Shown here piece by piece: positions 47,792 to 58,193 of a DNA stretch of 64,000 bases. Each line of letters opens with the position of its first letter. Position 1 is the first letter of the stretch. The notes under the pieces were generated by a model. That model ran no database searches and was not told where the DNA came from. It was given only the letters and a program-made list of their open reading frames with translations. Location of the stretch: contig JAPLFH010000032.1 in the NCBI GenBank assembly GCA_026390815.1, forward strand, positions 56,904 through 120,903, in the 5' to 3' direction. The translations under genes and the position numbers were made by a program. This DNA comes from Ignavibacteriales bacterium (GTDB lineage Bacteria > Bacteroidota > Ignavibacteria > Ignavibacteriales > SURF-24).

Positions 47792-50281
47792 TCATTTCAA
47801 CAGTATCATCTTTCTTGTCTGAACAAATGAAGCGGTTTTTATTTGATAAAAATATATACCATTCGAAAGTTTACTTGCATCAAAATCCACCCGATAACTT
47901 CCTGCAGGTTTTTCTTCATTAACAAGAGTAGCTATTTCGTTTCCTAGTATGTCAAATACTTTCAACGTTACATTACTCGTAATTCCTAATTCGTAATTTA
48001 TAATTGTAACTGGATTAAACGGGTTAGGATAATTCTGTTCAAGTTTGAAATCATATTTTTCAATTTCATTTTGGACTGATGTTTCAACTTCAAAAGATGC
48101 GGTTATTTCGGAATCCCCTGAAATAACAACAGCAATTGAATCTGAAGTTGAGTTTGTAACTCCGCTCCAGCCAGTAAACTTATATCCCGCATTTGGAACG
48201 ACCTTAAGGTGAATTGGAATTTCTTTGAAGAAGATACCAGTAAAATTTCCATCTTTAACTTCAACTGTGTTAACAAAGATTTTTCCTTTGTTCAATTCAG
48301 GATTTTTTATTGCAAGGTTAGCTGTTCCCGAGATACCAAATTTATTTTTTAAATGATCAATCACAAAGCCTGATCGCTTCTCAGCAAATTCATATACAAT
48401 GTTTAACTGGCTTTCCCAGGTAGGTCCGAAAGACATCGATTCTGGCCACATAGCTTTATGTCTGGGAACTTCTTTGGCAACAACTGCAATTATGCTATCG
48501 ATAATAGGTTTCAGTCTTTCTGCTTTGAAAGTTGTATTCATGTACATTGCAAACCGCTGTACAAAATCATTTTTGAAATCTGTGTTTGATAAAAGTGTTC
48601 GCAGCAAATATGTAGACCAGGGTGGATTTGCATAATAAGTTTCCACCGGAGAGGTTGCGTTTTCCAATGAGTTGCTGTTGTACTGCCCCTGCTGGTGGGC
48701 GCCAAATCCCAAATCAGTATCGAACAAAATCCACCGCCATTTTGCACCCGGTTTTTGTGGACGCCAGTATTTTATATTTCCACCGGGCCAATCAATATTA
48801 GCATAATAAATTTCCGCAATCTGGTAATTGATATAATTATCAACATCCATCTGAGTTTTAACATATTCATAATTGGCGGATTGTTTAATATCGTTAGACT
48901 TTATAAAACTGATGAGGTTTTTATAGTGATCGGCTTTACCGTTTTTCACGTCGGCATTATCAACCAGAATATCAACGCTATCCGGATTAATTCCAAAATT
49001 CGATTCCAGATAATGCTCGTTATGTTTTTCTCTTATATCGTGGATTCCCCAATACTCTCCGTTTAAAAAAACAATTGCTGGACGATACGCTTGTCTTTCA
49101 ATATCCATCTGACCTATTAAGATTGTGTGCATAAGTCCATCGCGGATTAGCGTACGCCACCAATCCTGCCCGGTATTCCTAAGCAAAATATTATTTACAC
49201 TTTGCATCGGTTTATCTTTGAAAATATTGTACTTAATCTTGCTGGTTCCATAATCACTCCTGGCATAAATAGCTAAAGATTTCTCAGGATATTTTCTTGT
49301 GCAGCCGCCACCTATTTTCATTCCCGCATCAAGATTAAAACCAGGCGTTCCGCCGTCTTCAAAAAATTCCAGACTAATCGGTCTCTCCCAATCGCGGTTC
49401 CAATTACGCGGGGAGTTTACACAATAACCGGAAACACCATTAGTGCCTACAACATAAATTCCAATTTTATCATCCCAAAAATTTTTAGGATCAGTTGCAA
49501 TCGAAACAACCGGCAATGTTGTCTGCTCATTTATAAAATATGTTTTAGTAACCACTTCACTTGGAATACAATCCTGTTTTGTTGCAAATGCACGCACAAC
49601 TGTTGTTTTGGTAAGATCAATTGGTAAAGAAAAGTTAGTAGAAGAATCTGTAGGTAATGCACCATCAAGAGTATATTTAATTTCAGCAGTTGGATCTTCG
49701 CAGGTAAGCAAAAGCGTTTGCTGCATTGGATAAAATCCTCTCTGAATAGAAAAATGTGGTTTTGGAATTACATCAAGTGAGCCGCTTAAATTCTTAGATC
49801 TTGGTGTGGGATGATCGAAATAAAACAAATTCAAATCCCCATCCGGAAACCGACCATAAGAAATATCTGCACTCATCGAATCATATTTTACTTCATCCAC
49901 TGCTTTCAATTCATAATCAAAAAGTGCAATCTCCTCTTTCTCTTTAGATAAATTAAAATTAGTATGGTTGAGTGTATCTTTACCGTCCGCCCAGAACAAA
50001 ACAAAAGCCTTTGGAGCAACTATAAGATCAAACTTAATTTTCCACATAGATGGATTTAAAGTATTATCTGTCAGATAAAAACCATTTAAGTTTATTGCTG
50101 ATTCTCCTCCGTTATAAAGTTCAATCCAATCAGAATATTCATTAAAGTCTTCATCAAGAATTGTTCTGGAGTTTGAAGCCATAAATTCATTTATGTAAAT
50201 TTTATATAAATTCCCTTGCCCATTAAAATTATTATGTAGAATCAGCAACAAAATAGGTACTATCAAAATATACTTTTTCAT
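47792..50281 (-). CDS. Secreted lamin-tail-domain (LTD) plus Fn3/chitobiase-like plus CotH-kinase-family protein with a T9SS C-terminal sorting domain.
   Basis: N-terminus IYINEFMASN...DWIELYNGGESAINLNGFYLTDN is a lamin-tail domain. The central ...YQIAEIYYANIDWPGGNIKYWRPQ... is CotH-like. C-terminus LEQNYPNPFNPVTIINY...KMILLK. Confidence 0.6.
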   Translation of the reverse strand: MKKYILIVPILLLILHNNFNGQGNLYKIYINEFMASNSRTILDEDFNEYSDWIELYNGGESAINLNGFYLTDNTLNPSMWKIKFDLIVAPKAFVLFWADGKDTLNHTNFNLSKEKEEIALFDYELKAVDEVKYDSMSADISYGRFPDGDLNLFYFDHPTPRSKNLSGSLDVIPKPHFSIQRGFYPMQQTLLLTCEDPTAEIKYTLDGALPTDSSTNFSLPIDLTKTTVVRAFATKQDCIPSEVVTKTYFINEQTTLPVVSIATDPKNFWDDKIGIYVVGTNGVSGYCVNSPRNWNRDWERPISLEFFEDGGTPGFNLDAGMKIGGGCTRKYPEKSLAIYARSDYGTSKIKYNIFKDKPMQSVNNILLRNTGQDWWRTLIRDGLMHTILIGQMDIERQAYRPAIVFLNGEYWGIHDIREKHNEHYLESNFGINPDSVDILVDNADVKNGKADHYKNLISFIKSNDIKQSANYEYVKTQMDVDNYINYQIAEIYYANIDWPGGNIKYWRPQKPGAKWRWILFDTDLGFGAHQQGQYNSNSLENATSPVETYYANPPWSTYLLRTLLSNTDFKNDFVQRFAMYMNTTFKAERLKPIIDSIIAVVAKEVPRHKAMWPESMSFGPTWESQLNIVYEFAEKRSGFVIDHLKNKFGISGTANLAIKNPELNKGKIFVNTVEVKDGNFTGIFFKEIPIHLKVVPNAGYKFTGWSGVTNSTSDSIAVVISGDSEITASFEVETSVQNEIEKYDFKLEQNYPNPFNPVTIINYELGITSNVTLKVFDILGNEIATLVNEEKPAGSYRVDFDASKLSNGIYFYQIKTASFVQTRKMILLK

Positions 50282-50444
50282 TACACTCCGGATTTTGCCC
50301 GCTTTTGTGCAAAAATAGTTGTTTGTTCAAAAAATATTTGCATTCACAGGCTCAAACTAAATAAAAATTACCTCTCTTTCATATTAAATTTGGTGTAATA
50401 AAGACGCTGCTGGCTTTGGAAAAAAAATAAATAAAAATTCCATC

Positions 50445-50473
50445 TTGACTTTAACATTTATTTTCGATATTAA
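50445..50473 (+). promoter_or_regulatory. Sigma-70-like promoter candidate: TTGACT, 17 nt, TATTAA.
   Basis: -35 at 50445-50450 and -10 at 50468-50473. A strong RBS aaggagg lies at 50506-50512 before the ACP gene. Confidence 0.4.
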
Positions 50474-50521
50474 CGTTTCAAAAATTTCCTCATTTAAAAA
50501 ACACAAGGAGGTTTCAATCTA

Positions 50522-50773
50522 ATGGAAAGATCAGAAGTAGAAGCGAGAGTTAAAAAAGTAATTGGCAATGTGTTAAAAATTAATCCGGATACTATTTCAT
50601 CAACAGCAAACTTTGTATTCGATCTTGGTGCTGACTCGATGCAAAGCCTTCAGCTTATTGCCGGTTTTGAAGAGGAGTTTGATGTTCAAATGGATGAAGA
50701 TAAAGCTCTTGAAGTTCAATCTGTTGCGGACGCAGTGGATTTTCTTAAATCTTTAGTTGAAGCGAAGGGGTAA
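50522..50773 (+). CDS. Acyl carrier protein-like (83 aa).
   Basis: DLGADSMQSLQLIAGFEEEFD matches the ACP DSL phosphopantetheine-attachment motif. Acidic. 3-bp gap to the next gene. Confidence 0.7.
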   Translation: MERSEVEARVKKVIGNVLKINPDTISSTANFVFDLGADSMQSLQLIAGFEEEFDVQMDEDKALEVQSVADAVDFLKSLVEAKG

Positions 50774-50775
50774 AT

Positions 50776-52908
50776 ATGCCTCAAAGAACTATTAAAACAC
50801 GCGAGCAGGTAGATAGAATTTTTTATCCACAATCAATTGCTGTTGTTGGAACAAATAAAGTTAAAGGAACCGTTCCGGCTGATATATTTATGAACATCGT
50901 TAAAGATGATTTCCAGGGAATAATTTATCCTGTTGCACCAGGCGAACGTTTTGTTGCCGGAATAAAAGCATACAAATACGTGGTTGATATTGAGGATCCG
51001 GTCGATCTTGGAGTGCTTGTATTTCCAAGCTCGGTTTGCCACATGGCAATGGAGCAGTGCGGGCAGAAAGGTATCAAATCGATGATAATTATTTCTGCTG
51101 GATTTAAGGAGGTAGGCAGCGCAGGATTAGTACGCGAAAAGCAAATACAAGCAATTGCCGATAAATATGGAATTTCATTTATCGGTCCTAACTGTCTTGG
51201 AGTAATAAACACCGATCCAAAATGTAAGATGAACGCCTCCTTTGCACGGCAAATGCCGGAAGAAGGTAATATTGCCTTCATTTCTCAAAGTGGTGCGTTA
51301 TGTACTGCTGTACTCGATTACGCAAGAGCAAAGCATATTGGTTTTTCCAAATTTGTTAGCTTTGGCAACAAAGCAGATATAAACGAGATCGATTTACTTT
51401 ATTACTTAAAAGATGATCCGCAAACAAAAGTTATTCTTCTTTACCTTGAAGAAGTAAGTGATGCAGCAGCTTTAATGGATGTTGCGAGGGAAATTATTAC
51501 GGAAACCGGCAAACCGGTTCTTGCCCTAAAATCAGGAAGAACCACTGAAGGTGCTTCTGCGGCAGCTTCACATACCGGTTCACTTGCAGGAAGTGATGAA
51601 GCCTGCGATGCCGCTTTTTCCCAGGCTGGCATAATCCGCTGTACTGATATTGAGGAAATGTTTAACACAGCAATTGCATTTGCATATCAACCATTACCGC
51701 AAGGAAACCGAATAGCAATTATTACTAACGCTGGCGGACCCGGAGTTCTAACTACAGATATGGCAATTAAGGAAGGATTGAAACTTTCAAAATTTTCAGA
51801 TGAAACAACAAGAACTTTTAAGTTAAGTCTTCCTAAAACTGCAAACATTAAAAATCCAGTTGATGTCATCGGTGATGCTCGTGCAGATCGGTACAATGTT
51901 GCTTTAACAGCATCTTTAAAAGATCCAAATGTGGATGGAGTTATGGTTATTCTAACTCCACAATCTATGACTGATATCAAGACAATTGCGGAAGAAATTG
52001 CAAACATTGCCGGACAATCCAATAAACCAATACTAACTTCCTTTATGGGCGAAGTTGATGTAGCGGTTGGAATCGATATACTTCAAAGAAGAAATATTCC
52101 GCATTACCAGCTTCCTGAAAATATGTGCAGAGCTTTTGCCCGCACCTATCGTTTTAAAACAGAACTAAAAAAAGAGCATATGGAGATTGTAAATTTTAGC
52201 GATGTTGATAAAGTAAAAGCTCATTCAATTTTGGATGAAGCCATTAAAGCCGGCAGAAACTATCTTCCGGAAGCGGAAGCAGAGGAAGTGCTTAAGGCAT
52301 ATAACTTTCCTTTAATTCCCGGTGGATTAGCGCAAAGTGCGGAAGAAGCAGTTGCAATTGCAGAAAAAATTGGCTACCCCGTAGTAATGAAAATTATTTC
52401 TGATGATGTTGTCCACAAGTTTGATATAGGTGGAGTCAGATTAAATATAATTGGCAATGAAGATGCCGAGAATGCTTTCCGCTTCATAAAGGAAAATGTT
52501 TCGAATGTTAAACCAAATGCAATTATTAAAGGTATTTTCGTTCAGAAGATGATAAGGAACGGCGAGGAAGTTATTCTTGGGCTTAAAAGAGACCCGGCTT
52601 TTGGTCCTGTAATTATGTTTGGACTTGGTGGAATTTTTGTTGAAGTATTTAAAGATGTTAGTTTTCGAATCGCACCAGTTTTCAAAGATTCTATAGCTGA
52701 TATGGTTCGCCAGATTAAATCGTATCCACTATTAGCAGGCGCCAGAGGAAGGGTTGAGAAAGACATTGAAGCCATCGAAATTTGCATTCAAAGACTTTCA
52801 CAGCTTGCAGCAGAATGCCCGCAGATTAAAGAGCTGGATATAAATCCTTTGCTTGTCCTAAACAAGGGAAGCGGTTGTTATGTAGCAGACACAAAGATTA
52901 TGCTGTAA
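50776..52908 (+). CDS. NDP-forming acyl-CoA synthetase (acetyl-CoA synthetase [ADP-forming]-like, fused alpha and beta): CoA-binding/succinyl-CoA-synthetase-like domains plus a C-terminal ATP-grasp.
   Basis: QSIAVVGTNK...YPVAPGER...GIKSMIIISAGFKE...FIGPNCLGVINT...IAFISQSGAL is the ACD alpha pattern. The C-terminal ...AYNFPLIPGG...IGYPVVMKIISDDVVHKFDIGGVRLNI is ATP-grasp. Confidence 0.8.
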   Translation: MPQRTIKTREQVDRIFYPQSIAVVGTNKVKGTVPADIFMNIVKDDFQGIIYPVAPGERFVAGIKAYKYVVDIEDPVDLGVLVFPSSVCHMAMEQCGQKGIKSMIIISAGFKEVGSAGLVREKQIQAIADKYGISFIGPNCLGVINTDPKCKMNASFARQMPEEGNIAFISQSGALCTAVLDYARAKHIGFSKFVSFGNKADINEIDLLYYLKDDPQTKVILLYLEEVSDAAALMDVAREIITETGKPVLALKSGRTTEGASAAASHTGSLAGSDEACDAAFSQAGIIRCTDIEEMFNTAIAFAYQPLPQGNRIAIITNAGGPGVLTTDMAIKEGLKLSKFSDETTRTFKLSLPKTANIKNPVDVIGDARADRYNVALTASLKDPNVDGVMVILTPQSMTDIKTIAEEIANIAGQSNKPILTSFMGEVDVAVGIDILQRRNIPHYQLPENMCRAFARTYRFKTELKKEHMEIVNFSDVDKVKAHSILDEAIKAGRNYLPEAEAEEVLKAYNFPLIPGGLAQSAEEAVAIAEKIGYPVVMKIISDDVVHKFDIGGVRLNIIGNEDAENAFRFIKENVSNVKPNAIIKGIFVQKMIRNGEEVILGLKRDPAFGPVIMFGLGGIFVEVFKDVSFRIAPVFKDSIADMVRQIKSYPLLAGARGRVEKDIEAIEICIQRLSQLAAECPQIKELDINPLLVLNKGSGCYVADTKIML

Positions 52909-52989
52909 TTATAGACTAATAAAATTGTTATTAGATGTATTGGTCACCTTAGTCTATTTAAATTTTAAAATTAGTTAAGGAGATTTTTT

Positions 52990-53799
52990 ATGAGAATTAT
53001 AATTCACGATAACTACCAGGCACTTAGCAAATGGACTGCATATTATATTGCAAAGAGAATCAGTGATTTTAATCCTACTCCTGAAAAACCATTTGTGCTT
53101 GGGCTTCCTTCCGGAACCTCGCCTCTTGGCACTTTCCAACAGATTGTAAATCTGCATGAAGAAGGAAAAATATCTTTCCAAAATGTAATTACATTTAATA
53201 TGGATGAGTACGTTAAATGCCCTGAAGATAATCCCGGGAGTTACCATTACATGATGTATTCAAATTTGTTTAATCATATCGATATTCCGCGCGAGAATAT
53301 TAATATGCTAAATGGCAATGCTTCCGATCTTGAGAAAGAATGTTCTGAATACGAAGAAAAAATTATTTCTTCAGGCGGAATTAATCTTTTCTTTTGTGGC
53401 ATTGGACCGGATGGACACATTGCCTTTAACGAACCTGGTTCATCGCTTTCTTCAAGAACCAGGATTAAAACACTTACTTATGAAAACATCCTTGCCAACT
53501 CTCAATTTTTTAAGAATGATATTTCTAAAGTTCCTAAGCTTGCTTTAACAGTTGGGATAGGAACAGTAATGGATGCGGAAGAAGTTCTTGTGGTTGCTGG
53601 TGGTCATTCAAAAACCAGGGCGCTTCAGAAAGCTGTGGAAGAAGGTGTTAATCATATGTGGAATATCTCGGCACTTCAGCTTCATAAAAAAGGAATTATT
53701 GTTTGCGATGAAGAAGCTACATACGAATTGAAGGTGGGAACAGTAAAATATTTTAAGGAGATTGAAAAAGAAGCAATTGAAAATTTGCCGGAATTGTAA
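52990..53799 (+). CDS. nagB: Glucosamine-6-phosphate deaminase.
   Basis: MRIIIHDNY...[16 protein letters not shown]...ITFNMDEYV...[18 protein letters not shown] is canonical NagB. Length 269 aa. RBS aaggag. Confidence 0.9.
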   Translation: MRIIIHDNYQALSKWTAYYIAKRISDFNPTPEKPFVLGLPSGTSPLGTFQQIVNLHEEGKISFQNVITFNMDEYVKCPEDNPGSYHYMMYSNLFNHIDIPRENINMLNGNASDLEKECSEYEEKIISSGGINLFFCGIGPDGHIAFNEPGSSLSSRTRIKTLTYENILANSQFFKNDISKVPKLALTVGIGTVMDAEEVLVVAGGHSKTRALQKAVEEGVNHMWNISALQLHKKGIIVCDEEATYELKVGTVKYFKEIEKEAIENLPEL

Positions 53800-53938
53800 G
53801 CTAAACTTTAATATTAATTGTAAATAAAATATTACTTCCAATGAACTGTGGCGAGAATCAGTTGGATCCAATTGAACTTCCAACGCAGTTCATTCCGAAT
53901 TTTATTTTTTAATTCAGAACCAATAGCAGGATAAATTT

Positions 53939-55924
53939 ATGAACTTCAGAAATCTTACCGAATCAGAAATCAAAACACTAACAAATCAAGGTTGCTCTGC
54001 AACAGAATGGACAAAAATTCAGGTTAAAGAAAAATTTCTTCCGGAAAGAATACGGAACGTAAACTTTAGCGGAGAAAATTTTTTAGGAGAATTCCAAAAG
54101 ACAATTTCATTCGCCAGTGGTTTAGAAAAACTTTCCGGAATTTATAACTGTTCTGTTCATAACTGCACAATCGGAGATGATGTTTATCTTTCCAACATTT
54201 GCACACTGGCAAACTATGAAATAGAAAAGAATGTCGTTGTTGAAAATGTTCAAACATTAGTTGTTACCGGCAAAAGTAGTTTTGGCAATGGGGTTGAATT
54301 AGAAATTCTTAACGAAGGCGGCGGGCGCGGATTAAAAATCTATGAATCGCTGTCATCACAAATTGCCTACCTTATGGTTCTTTACAGACATGATAAGAAA
54401 CTTGTTGAAAATCTTGAAAGGATGATTGAAGAATTTGTTGCTGGTAAAACTTCCACAAAAGGAATTCTTAAGGAAGGCTGCAAAATTAATAACTGCGTTT
54501 CAATTACGAATGTAAATGTTGGAGCATTTGCATCTTTAACCGGCGCAAACAAATTAGAGAATGGTACGATTGTAAGCAAAGCAGAAGCACCAACTTCTGT
54601 TGGAACTGGTGTACTGGCAAAGGATTTCATCATTCACACCGGAACAAAAATAGACAGCTTTGTAATGCTGGATAAATGTTTTGTTGGACAGGGCGTTACT
54701 TTGGGGAAACAATACTCGGCGGAAAACTCAGCCTTCTTTGCCAACTGCGAAGGATTCCATGGTGAAGCCGTGGCATTGTTTGCTGGTCCTTATACTGTTA
54801 CACATCACAAATCAACATTAATGATTGCCGGATTGTTTTCTTTCTTTAATGCGGGAAGCGGGACAAATCAAAGTAACCATATGTACAAACTTGGACCATT
54901 GCATCAGGGAATACTTGAACGCGGTTCTAAAACTGGTTCATTCAGTTATATGCTTTGGGAAAGCAGGGTCGGCGCTTTCTCCGCTGTAATCGGAAAGCAT
55001 TACACAAATTTTGATTGCACAAATTTTCCATTCTCATACATCAACGAGGAAAATGGAAAAACAGTTCTAACTCCTGCAATGAATCTGCTTACTGTTGGGA
55101 CGAAACGCGACAGCGAAAAATGGCCTGCGAGAGATAGACGAAAAGATTCTGAAAAACTCGACTTGATTCATTTCGATTTATTCAGCCCGTTCACCGTTGG
55201 AAAGATGGTAAAAGCAAATAAGATCCTTCAAGAGTTATATGAAAAGGCTTCAAAGGAGCAAGAGTATGTTTCTTATGGCGGATTGCACATTAACCGGTTA
55301 ATGCTTAGAACCAGCACTAAATATTACGAAATGGGAATTAAGATTTTTATGGGCAAGTGCCTGATGGCAAAATTGAATGGTGTTGCCCCGGTCTTGAAGA
55401 TTGAAGAATTGAAATTAAAGCTGTCAGAAAATGTAACAGAAAATATTTCTGATTGGGTGGATGTTTCCGGATTGCTTGCACCTTCAACGGTTATTCAAAA
55501 TCTTCTTGCGGAAATTGCAGATGCAAAAGTAATAAATGTTGATGAGTTACAGAGCCGGCTAAAATTAATTTTCAACAATTATAATGAAGCTGAATGGAAT
55601 TGGGGATTGAAGTTAATCGAAGCCCGGCTTGGAATTAAGTTGAATGAAATGACACAAAAACATTTTGTGCAAATCATAAGCGATTGGAAAGACAATTCAA
55701 TTAAGTTGAACAACATGATCGCTAAGGATGCACAGCGGGAATTTGATGCATTATCAAAAATTGGGTTTGGTATTGATGGAACTGATGAAGAAAAAGACAA
55801 AGATTTTGAAGCAGTCCGCGGTACTTATGAAGGAAACAAATTCGTAAAACAATTAGCTTCTGAAAATAAATCTAATGAAGAAAAAGCCGCAAGCTTAATT
55901 AAGATGATTGAAGAATTGAACTAG
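53939..55924 (+). CDS. Hypothetical 661-aa protein with an N-terminal left-handed beta-helix-like (hexapeptide) region, adjacent to nagB. Possibly the DUF4954-type nagB neighbour of Bacteroidota.
   Basis: Imperfect hexapeptide periodicity (VHNCTIGDDVYLSNICTLANYEIEKNVVVENV...). No catalytic motif recognised. Confidence 0.4.
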   Translation: MNFRNLTESEIKTLTNQGCSATEWTKIQVKEKFLPERIRNVNFSGENFLGEFQKTISFASGLEKLSGIYNCSVHNCTIGDDVYLSNICTLANYEIEKNVVVENVQTLVVTGKSSFGNGVELEILNEGGGRGLKIYESLSSQIAYLMVLYRHDKKLVENLERMIEEFVAGKTSTKGILKEGCKINNCVSITNVNVGAFASLTGANKLENGTIVSKAEAPTSVGTGVLAKDFIIHTGTKIDSFVMLDKCFVGQGVTLGKQYSAENSAFFANCEGFHGEAVALFAGPYTVTHHKSTLMIAGLFSFFNAGSGTNQSNHMYKLGPLHQGILERGSKTGSFSYMLWESRVGAFSAVIGKHYTNFDCTNFPFSYINEENGKTVLTPAMNLLTVGTKRDSEKWPARDRRKDSEKLDLIHFDLFSPFTVGKMVKANKILQELYEKASKEQEYVSYGGLHINRLMLRTSTKYYEMGIKIFMGKCLMAKLNGVAPVLKIEELKLKLSENVTENISDWVDVSGLLAPSTVIQNLLAEIADAKVINVDELQSRLKLIFNNYNEAEWNWGLKLIEARLGIKLNEMTQKHFVQIISDWKDNSIKLNNMIAKDAQREFDALSKIGFGIDGTDEEKDKDFEAVRGTYEGNKFVKQLASENKSNEEKAASLIKMIEELN

Positions 55925-55957
55925 TGTTACGTCTTTTGGCACCTTGGAAAAAATAGC

Positions 55958-55990
55958 AGGCTGAAACCGTGCTTCAGCCTGCTTCATCAG
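55958..55990 (-). terminator. Terminator hairpin gcaggctgaa-accgtgc-ttcagcctgc (the T-run is on the minus strand). A related copy lies at 60662-60697.
   Basis: 10-bp stem. On the minus strand it is followed by tatttttt, just 3' of gene 55995..58166. Confidence 0.6.
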
Positions 55991-55994
55991 GATA

Positions 55995-58166
55995 TTATTT
56001 TACGAGAAGCATCTTCTTCATTGTTACAAATTCATTTGTTCTAAGCTCGTAGAAATAAATGCCACTTGTAAGATTACTACCGTTAAACTCAGCAATATAT
56101 TTTCCTTCTTCTTTATGTTCATTAACAAGAGTCGCAACTACTTTGCCTAACACATCATAAATCTTTAAGGTTACTCTGCCTGCTTTGGGCGTCTGGTAAC
56201 TTATTATCGTGGTTGGATTGAAAGGATTTGGATAATTTTGATTTAACGAAAATGAAGAGGGCTTTTCCTCATTGCTAGCTGTTTCCTTATTGGCGCCCTC
56301 TGCTCTTACAGTTACTACATCACTGTATAATGAGTAAAGATTCTGTGTATCTTTTACTCTTACACGATAGTTAGGTGTAAAATCACCGCCACCAGGGGCG
56401 TAAATATATGCATTGTCAATATAATATGAATTTGTAGTTGTGCCAAGTACAACCCAATTTGAACTTATACTTGGTACTTTTCTGGAAACTTCATATAGTG
56501 AAATACTTTCACCAGATTCATTTGGCGTCCATGAGATTTTTACAGGACCATTCAAGCCAGACGAACTGCTTAACTTAGGATTAATTGGTTTTGATGGGGA
56601 AGCATTAACCGCAGTATTAACATAAATATCTATTGAGTACGTTCCGCTGATTAAAGTATTAATTTTAAAACCAATTCCGGTCTGAGTCCCGTCTGCTTTT
56701 TTTGAAGTTGGACTACTCCACGGTGAGAAAACTTCATTGTAACCAATTTTAAATGCATCTTGTCCATGCCCAATACGTGCAAGGTAATCAATGGTCCCCC
56801 CAGTATTTGGATCTTCTATAAAAAACATTTCATTTGGCTCATAATATCCGCGTAAACTAAAAGGTATCATATCAGTTTCAGAATAACCATTAGCTCTATT
56901 AGCTAATCCTTTTTTATAAACTGGTAAAGAGTCAGGATAAAAACTAGCTAAGGTCAATTTATTAACAGTCCAATCGTATCTTCCATTTGCTGGTACAAGC
57001 CACATCCAATTTGGTGTATTACCATTAGAAGAAGATGCTCTATCCTGTCTAATTATATATAAACCTTTTTCATTTTGATCGCTTGAACAGTTATCCCAAT
57101 AAGAATTTCTTTGATGGTTTTCGATGTAGAAATATTGGTTAGTGGCTGCATTTATTTCTATCTTGTAACCTATACCTGTAGTAATAAAATCGGGTAGTGT
57201 AGCGTTTGTAATTGTTTGTGTTGAACTTGTAACTGGTGTAAGATTACACCATCCAAGCCTGTATCTTTCATATGAATTTGCCATATAGGATCTTATTTCA
57301 TAACCTGAAAGCATTGCCCAGAATGCATGACCATTATGATATTCATTTCCTCCCAGTAAATAATGAGCAAATTCATGGATGCTAAAACGGAACATATCTG
57401 CATTAAACCAATCCGTCATAGTTGCACCTGATCCCCCTGGTGTTTTAGCTGGAACATTTGGCCAAAAACCTGTTTTAATTGTTCTAGCTCCACCATCTAC
57501 CGATATGTCACCACCATAACCTAAATCACCATAACGATTCAATTCTAATTTATCCATAATAATTTTAACAGAATCTGTAGGTACTGTAGGCCATTCATGA
57601 GCAATATTTCTCCAAATTATAAACACCATGTCAACAATTCCATCCGGGCTATTAATATGTTTCCATGTAGAATCGAAATCCCAATTATCAAATTGTGCAA
57701 AATCCCAGGTTGGATCTGCGTCTAATTGCTGAATTATTTCCTTATGAATATCAAATCTTTTTTTGTTATTAGCTAAATACCAGCTCCTGTTCTGCGGTGT
57801 TATTACAGAAACAGTTTTTCCAATAAATTTTAGTTTATTAAAAGACATTTCATTAAAGTAATGTGTCATGGAACCTTGTGTTGGTGTACTGCTCCAGGTT
57901 TGATCTACCCAACCATTCATATTAGCCGGTCCTTGTCCTTTAGTCCATCCAACATTTGTAGTATCATACATATCATCTTTAAATTGTGCAAAAATAAATA
58001 AGGCTTTTATTGTACCCTCTGAAGGTAATAAATAACCTCCCATTTGTCCGCTCCAGGTTGTTGTTACACCATAAGGAGCATTAGGAATTTCTTTTTCACC
58101 GCCAATGCTGGCAAAACTGTTAATTAACAAGAAAAGAATAAAAATAGGAATAAGAATCTTTTTCAT
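55995..58166 (-). CDS. Secreted HEXXH zinc-metallopeptidase-like protein with an Fn3-like domain and a T9SS C-terminal sorting domain.
   Basis: Signal peptide present. FRFSIHEFAHYLLGGNEYHNGH carries a HExxH motif. C-terminus LNQNYPNPFNPTTIISYQTPKAGRVTLKIYDVLGK...KMLLVK. Confidence 0.55.
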   Translation of the reverse strand: MKKILIPIFILFLLINSFASIGGEKEIPNAPYGVTTTWSGQMGGYLLPSEGTIKALFIFAQFKDDMYDTTNVGWTKGQGPANMNGWVDQTWSSTPTQGSMTHYFNEMSFNKLKFIGKTVSVITPQNRSWYLANNKKRFDIHKEIIQQLDADPTWDFAQFDNWDFDSTWKHINSPDGIVDMVFIIWRNIAHEWPTVPTDSVKIIMDKLELNRYGDLGYGGDISVDGGARTIKTGFWPNVPAKTPGGSGATMTDWFNADMFRFSIHEFAHYLLGGNEYHNGHAFWAMLSGYEIRSYMANSYERYRLGWCNLTPVTSSTQTITNATLPDFITTGIGYKIEINAATNQYFYIENHQRNSYWDNCSSDQNEKGLYIIRQDRASSSNGNTPNWMWLVPANGRYDWTVNKLTLASFYPDSLPVYKKGLANRANGYSETDMIPFSLRGYYEPNEMFFIEDPNTGGTIDYLARIGHGQDAFKIGYNEVFSPWSSPTSKKADGTQTGIGFKINTLISGTYSIDIYVNTAVNASPSKPINPKLSSSSGLNGPVKISWTPNESGESISLYEVSRKVPSISSNWVVLGTTTNSYYIDNAYIYAPGGGDFTPNYRVRVKDTQNLYSLYSDVVTVRAEGANKETASNEEKPSSFSLNQNYPNPFNPTTIISYQTPKAGRVTLKIYDVLGKVVATLVNEHKEEGKYIAEFNGSNLTSGIYFYELRTNEFVTMKKMLLVK

Positions 58167-58193
58167 TAAAATATCTCCGTGTTTTATTTATAG

